Source: a bacterium (GTDB lineage: Bacteria > J088 > JAWLBW01). From it: a stretch of 28,740 nucleotides of DNA. The number at the start of each line of letters is the position of its first letter. Positions within the stretch are counted from its first letter, which is position 1. The position numbers were made by a program, and so were the translations under genes. Where the stretch lies: the NCBI GenBank assembly GCA_041690355.1, contig JAWLHK010000010.1:124001-152740 (forward strand), written 5' to 3'. Positions 25,750 to 28,740 of the stretch are shown here, piece by piece. The notes below the pieces were generated by a model. That model ran no database searches and was not told where the DNA came from. It saw nothing but the letters and a program-made list of their open reading frames with translations.

Positions 25750-27723
25750 ATGTATCCATCGATCGATACCGTCTCGGGTCCCCCCTCGGGGGACGACAGG
25801 GGGGTCGCGAAGCGACGCACTTCCACGAGCGACAGGGGGGCCGGTATCCGCGGAATCCTCCTCCCGTCACTCCTCGCGCTTCTCCTCGCCGCCTGCTCGA
25901 CCGCCGAGGGACCCGTGGAATCCGCCATCCGCGTCGACGGCAGCGCGCTGGCCGTCTTCCCCTCCGACGAACTCCTGGTCGAAGACGCCGCCACCCGCAC
26001 CGGGCTGCGCGTAAGCATACCGGACCACGCCGCGCGGCAGGATCCGCTGTTCGTGGCGTTTCCCGACCTGAAAGCCGAGCTGGAATCCCTGGACGGCTTC
26101 GGCACGCTCGCCGAGTCCTGGGTGCGCTTCACCGGTCCGCTCGATACGACACAGTTTCCCGCCCGCGAGCGTAGCGCCGACGACGACTCGCCGCTGCTCC
26201 TCGTCGACGTGCAGAACGGCGAGCGGATTCCCTTTCGCTGGGCATGGGAGGGAGAGACACATATGTTGTTCGTGCAGCCCTGGCGCCCCCTGCGCCCCGC
26301 AACGCAGCATGCCATCGTCGTGCGCCGCGGGCGGGATCTGCTGGGGCGCCCGCTCGGCGCCTCCATTCCGCTTCCCGCCGACATCCGCGCCGCCGCCCGG
26401 ATTCCCGCGGGGCCGGTGCTCGCGTGGCGCACCTTCACGACCCAGAGCATCCTCAGCGACGACGAGGCCTGGCTTCCGGCCCAGGCCGCGCAGGAAGGAC
26501 TGGCGCAGTCGCTCCCCGTCACCGATGCCGAGTGCTCCGATCGCGCCCACATTGCCTGGTCGGCGCGCGGATTCCTGAACGCGCCCCAGTTCCGCAGCGA
26601 TGAAGAGCGGTTCCCCGACGGGTTCGAGGCCGCCGTTTTTGCGGCCGAAGCCCGTCCCGAAGCGATCGCCTACCGCTTCTTCGTTCCGAAGAACGCGGCC
26701 GGGGCGCCGGTGGTGATCGTGCAGCACGGCCTCCTGGGCAACAAGAAACACCTGTCGTGCAGCGTGGCCGACCGCTATGCCGCCCGTGGATTCGCCACGA
26801 TCGCCATCGACGCCGTGCTTCACGGTGAACGGGCGCGCAACGGCCTGACCATCAGCCCGCTCGAGGGGCTGCGCATGATTTTCGGGGTGTGGACGGCCGA
26901 CGGCGGCTGGCAGATGCGCCTGCGCTTTGCCCGGGATGCTCTGCGCCAGACTTCCCTCGATCACGACGCTCTCGCGGCCTACGTGCGCGAGGTGCTGGTT
27001 CCCGCCATCGATCGCACGGGCCCCGGCGGCATTCCCGACGGCCTGCCCGATCTGGCGGATGCCGTCTACTACACCGGTTCGTCCATGGGCGGAATCATCG
27101 GATCGCTCACGCTGGCCACGAGCGCCCGCATCGCGGCGGGCGTGCTCAACGTGCCGGGCGGGCGGCTCTCGAACTTCCTCTACGAAAGCGAGCTCGGATT
27201 CTTCAACAGCCTCGTCCCCACGCTGCTCACGGCCGGGAGCCGCGTGCCGACGGCCGACGCCCGGCGCTTCGTCGCCATCTACCAGACGATCTTCGAGCGG
27301 GCCGATCCGCTGAACTACGCGGGGCACTGGTGGCAGAATCCCGTCCCGCGGCAGGGGGGGCACGAGCAACGCGCATTTCCGCGCAGCGTGCTCATTCAGG
27401 AGACGCTCGACGACATTCTCGTGCCCAATCTCACGACGCGGGAGCTCGCGCGCGCCGGGGGCCTGCCGCTGCTGCTCCCCGCGCTCGAGGCCGATGCGGG
27501 CCTGCCCACCGCCGAGGTCCCGGCCGTGGGACTGGCCGAAAACCTGCAGCCGGGGGTCAGCGGCGGCCTGTTCCAACTGAAGGACCTGCACATCGAGGGC
27601 GTGCCATATCGCGCATCCCATGGGTCGCTGAATACAGACGAGGTCATCGAGCAGGCGGCCGCATTCTTCCGTGGTGACTTCGAACGGGGCGCGGCGCGGA
27701 TCATCGTACCGGACGGTCTCTGA
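25750..27723 (+). CDS. Lipoprotein alpha/beta-hydrolase (lipase-like) with Ig-like N-terminal region; start uncertain
   Basis: LLALLLAAC lipobox; FPSD..., LDGFG, QHGLLG oxyanion, AIDAVLHGER, GSSMGG nucleophile elbow, DDILVPN, SHG. Confidence 0.8.
   Translation: MYPSIDTVSGPPSGDDRGVAKRRTSTSDRGAGIRGILLPSLLALLLAACSTAEGPVESAIRVDGSALAVFPSDELLVEDAATRTGLRVSIPDHAARQDPLFVAFPDLKAELESLDGFGTLAESWVRFTGPLDTTQFPARERSADDDSPLLLVDVQNGERIPFRWAWEGETHMLFVQPWRPLRPATQHAIVVRRGRDLLGRPLGASIPLPADIRAAARIPAGPVLAWRTFTTQSILSDDEAWLPAQAAQEGLAQSLPVTDAECSDRAHIAWSARGFLNAPQFRSDEERFPDGFEAAVFAAEARPEAIAYRFFVPKNAAGAPVVIVQHGLLGNKKHLSCSVADRYAARGFATIAIDAVLHGERARNGLTISPLEGLRMIFGVWTADGGWQMRLRFARDALRQTSLDHDALAAYVREVLVPAIDRTGPGGIPDGLPDLADAVYYTGSSMGGIIGSLTLATSARIAAGVLNVPGGRLSNFLYESELGFFNSLVPTLLTAGSRVPTADARRFVAIYQTIFERADPLNYAGHWWQNPVPRQGGHEQRAFPRSVLIQETLDDILVPNLTTRELARAGGLPLLLPALEADAGLPTAEVPAVGLAENLQPGVSGGLFQLKDLHIEGVPYRASHGSLNTDEVIEQAAAFFRGDFERGAARIIVPDGL
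25765..25807 (+). repeat. Palindromic repeat family A
   Basis: GATACC-N5-GGGTCCCCCCTCGGGGGACGACAGGGGGGTCG. Confidence 0.9.
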
Positions 27724-27795
27724 TCCGGCGGTTTTCGTTTCTCGGACCCACGCGGCGCGGTAGGCTGAGTCGGAGAATCCGGGGGGAACGAAGGC

Positions 27796-28482
27796 ATGGA
27801 AAACCAGGAGCGGGACGAGGCCATCGACAGCGCCATCCGGGATGCGCAGCAGGCCGAACGCCGATGGCAGCGCAGCGAGGCGCACATCCGGCAGACCTTC
27901 ACGACCTTCATCCGCAAGGTCGCCGAGCGGACGGAGCTGTCTGACTGGGAAGCCGAGCGGGCCGTCGTCGCGACCCTCTGCTGTCTCGAGCAGCGCCTGC
28001 AGCCGGGTGAGGCGCGTCATCTGGAAGCCCAGCTCCCGCAGCTGCTCGTCGATCTACTGCAAGGGTGCACGAACTACGCCGGCCTTCGTGACATCGACAA
28101 GCTGGGGCTTCTGCAGGTGGTCTCCCGATCGCTCGATCGGGAGGAATGGGAAGTCGAGTCCATCGTGCGTACGGTGTTCACGGTCCTGCGCGAAAAGATC
28201 TCCGGGGGTGAATCCGCCGACATCGCATCACAGCTCCCGCGTCCGCTGGCAGAGCTGTGGATGCGCAGCGACGATCCGGACCTGCACCATGTCACCCCCG
28301 AGGAGTTCATCCGGCGGGACAACGAGGCGTCGAGCAGAGACACGACGGCCGCGAGCCGCCAATCGGAACCGGCCGACGTTCCGGGCATCAACCGGCCGAC
28401 GCCCGGCATCCGCGCGAATGCGGAATCGGACCAGGCCCCCAGCGAACAGCCGTCGGCCACGGATTCGCGGGGAAGGCCGTAA
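27796..28482 (+). CDS. DUF2267 domain-containing protein
   Basis: FIRKVAERTEL...AERAVVATL..LEQRLQPGEARHLEAQLP, with a second repeat VRTVFTVLREKISGGESADIASQLPRPLAELW. Confidence 0.85.
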   Translation: MENQERDEAIDSAIRDAQQAERRWQRSEAHIRQTFTTFIRKVAERTELSDWEAERAVVATLCCLEQRLQPGEARHLEAQLPQLLVDLLQGCTNYAGLRDIDKLGLLQVVSRSLDREEWEVESIVRTVFTVLREKISGGESADIASQLPRPLAELWMRSDDPDLHHVTPEEFIRRDNEASSRDTTAASRQSEPADVPGINRPTPGIRANAESDQAPSEQPSATDSRGRP

Positions 28483-28490
28483 AACCCCGC

Positions 28491-28716
28491 CACCACCCCC
28501 TCCGCACGCGAATCCGTGTAAACGGAACTCCCCCTCCTCCTCCATCCCACGCGCGCAGGTGCACGACGTCGAACCCCACGGACGCAGGCCCCGCGCGGGT
28601 TGGAGGAGGAGGGGGAGAAAAATCGGATCAGATAGATTACTCCCCTTCTCCCTCCAACCGGTATGCCGAGCGGACTGCGTATGGAGGGAGAAGGGGATGG
28701 GGGAAGTGGGTGGGAT
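28491..28716. repeat. Inverted pair of family B palindromic elements
   Basis: 17-bp perfect stem 28528-28544/28601-28617 and 16-bp perfect stem 28641-28656/28682-28697; C-rich leader on the left, G-rich trailer on the right. Confidence 0.8.
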
Positions 28717-28740
28717 TCTTGCGCCGCCGAAAAAACCCCG

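Noticed and set aside
16339..27723. Lipoproteins as c-type cytochrome substrates of the Ccm system
   Set aside because: No CxxCH heme-binding motif found in either protein.
25867..28020. 717-aa minus-strand ORF
   Set aside because: Antisense to the hydrolase, which carries clear catalytic motifs.

Overview
GC-rich bacterial chromosomal segment; gene content suggests a Deltaproteobacteria/Myxococcota/Bdellovibrionota-like organism, but this is inference only. It is mostly housekeeping. Left to right: the 3' part of dinB; a complete System I cytochrome c maturation operon ccmABCDEFGHI on the minus strand (ccmD is missing from the ORF track); two tandem cyclophilins; fadD; an SRPBCC protein; comF; a patatin; a DUF1295-like membrane enzyme; a hicAB toxin-antitoxin pair with a palindromic operator; an uncharacterised 646-aa lipoprotein; a BON-domain protein; a degenerate receiver-domain protein; sucA-sucB-lpdA; a lipoprotein alpha/beta-hydrolase; and a DUF2267 protein. 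I found no rRNA, tRNA, CRISPR array, integrase or transposase, and no clearly novel multi-gene system. The points of interest are intergenic: a decayed orphan yafQ toxin, two families of dispersed palindromic repeats (one possibly inside a coding 5' end), many short 7-nt tandem arrays of different sequence, some bracketing DNA segments, and several apparently leaderless genes with palindromes over their -10 boxes.
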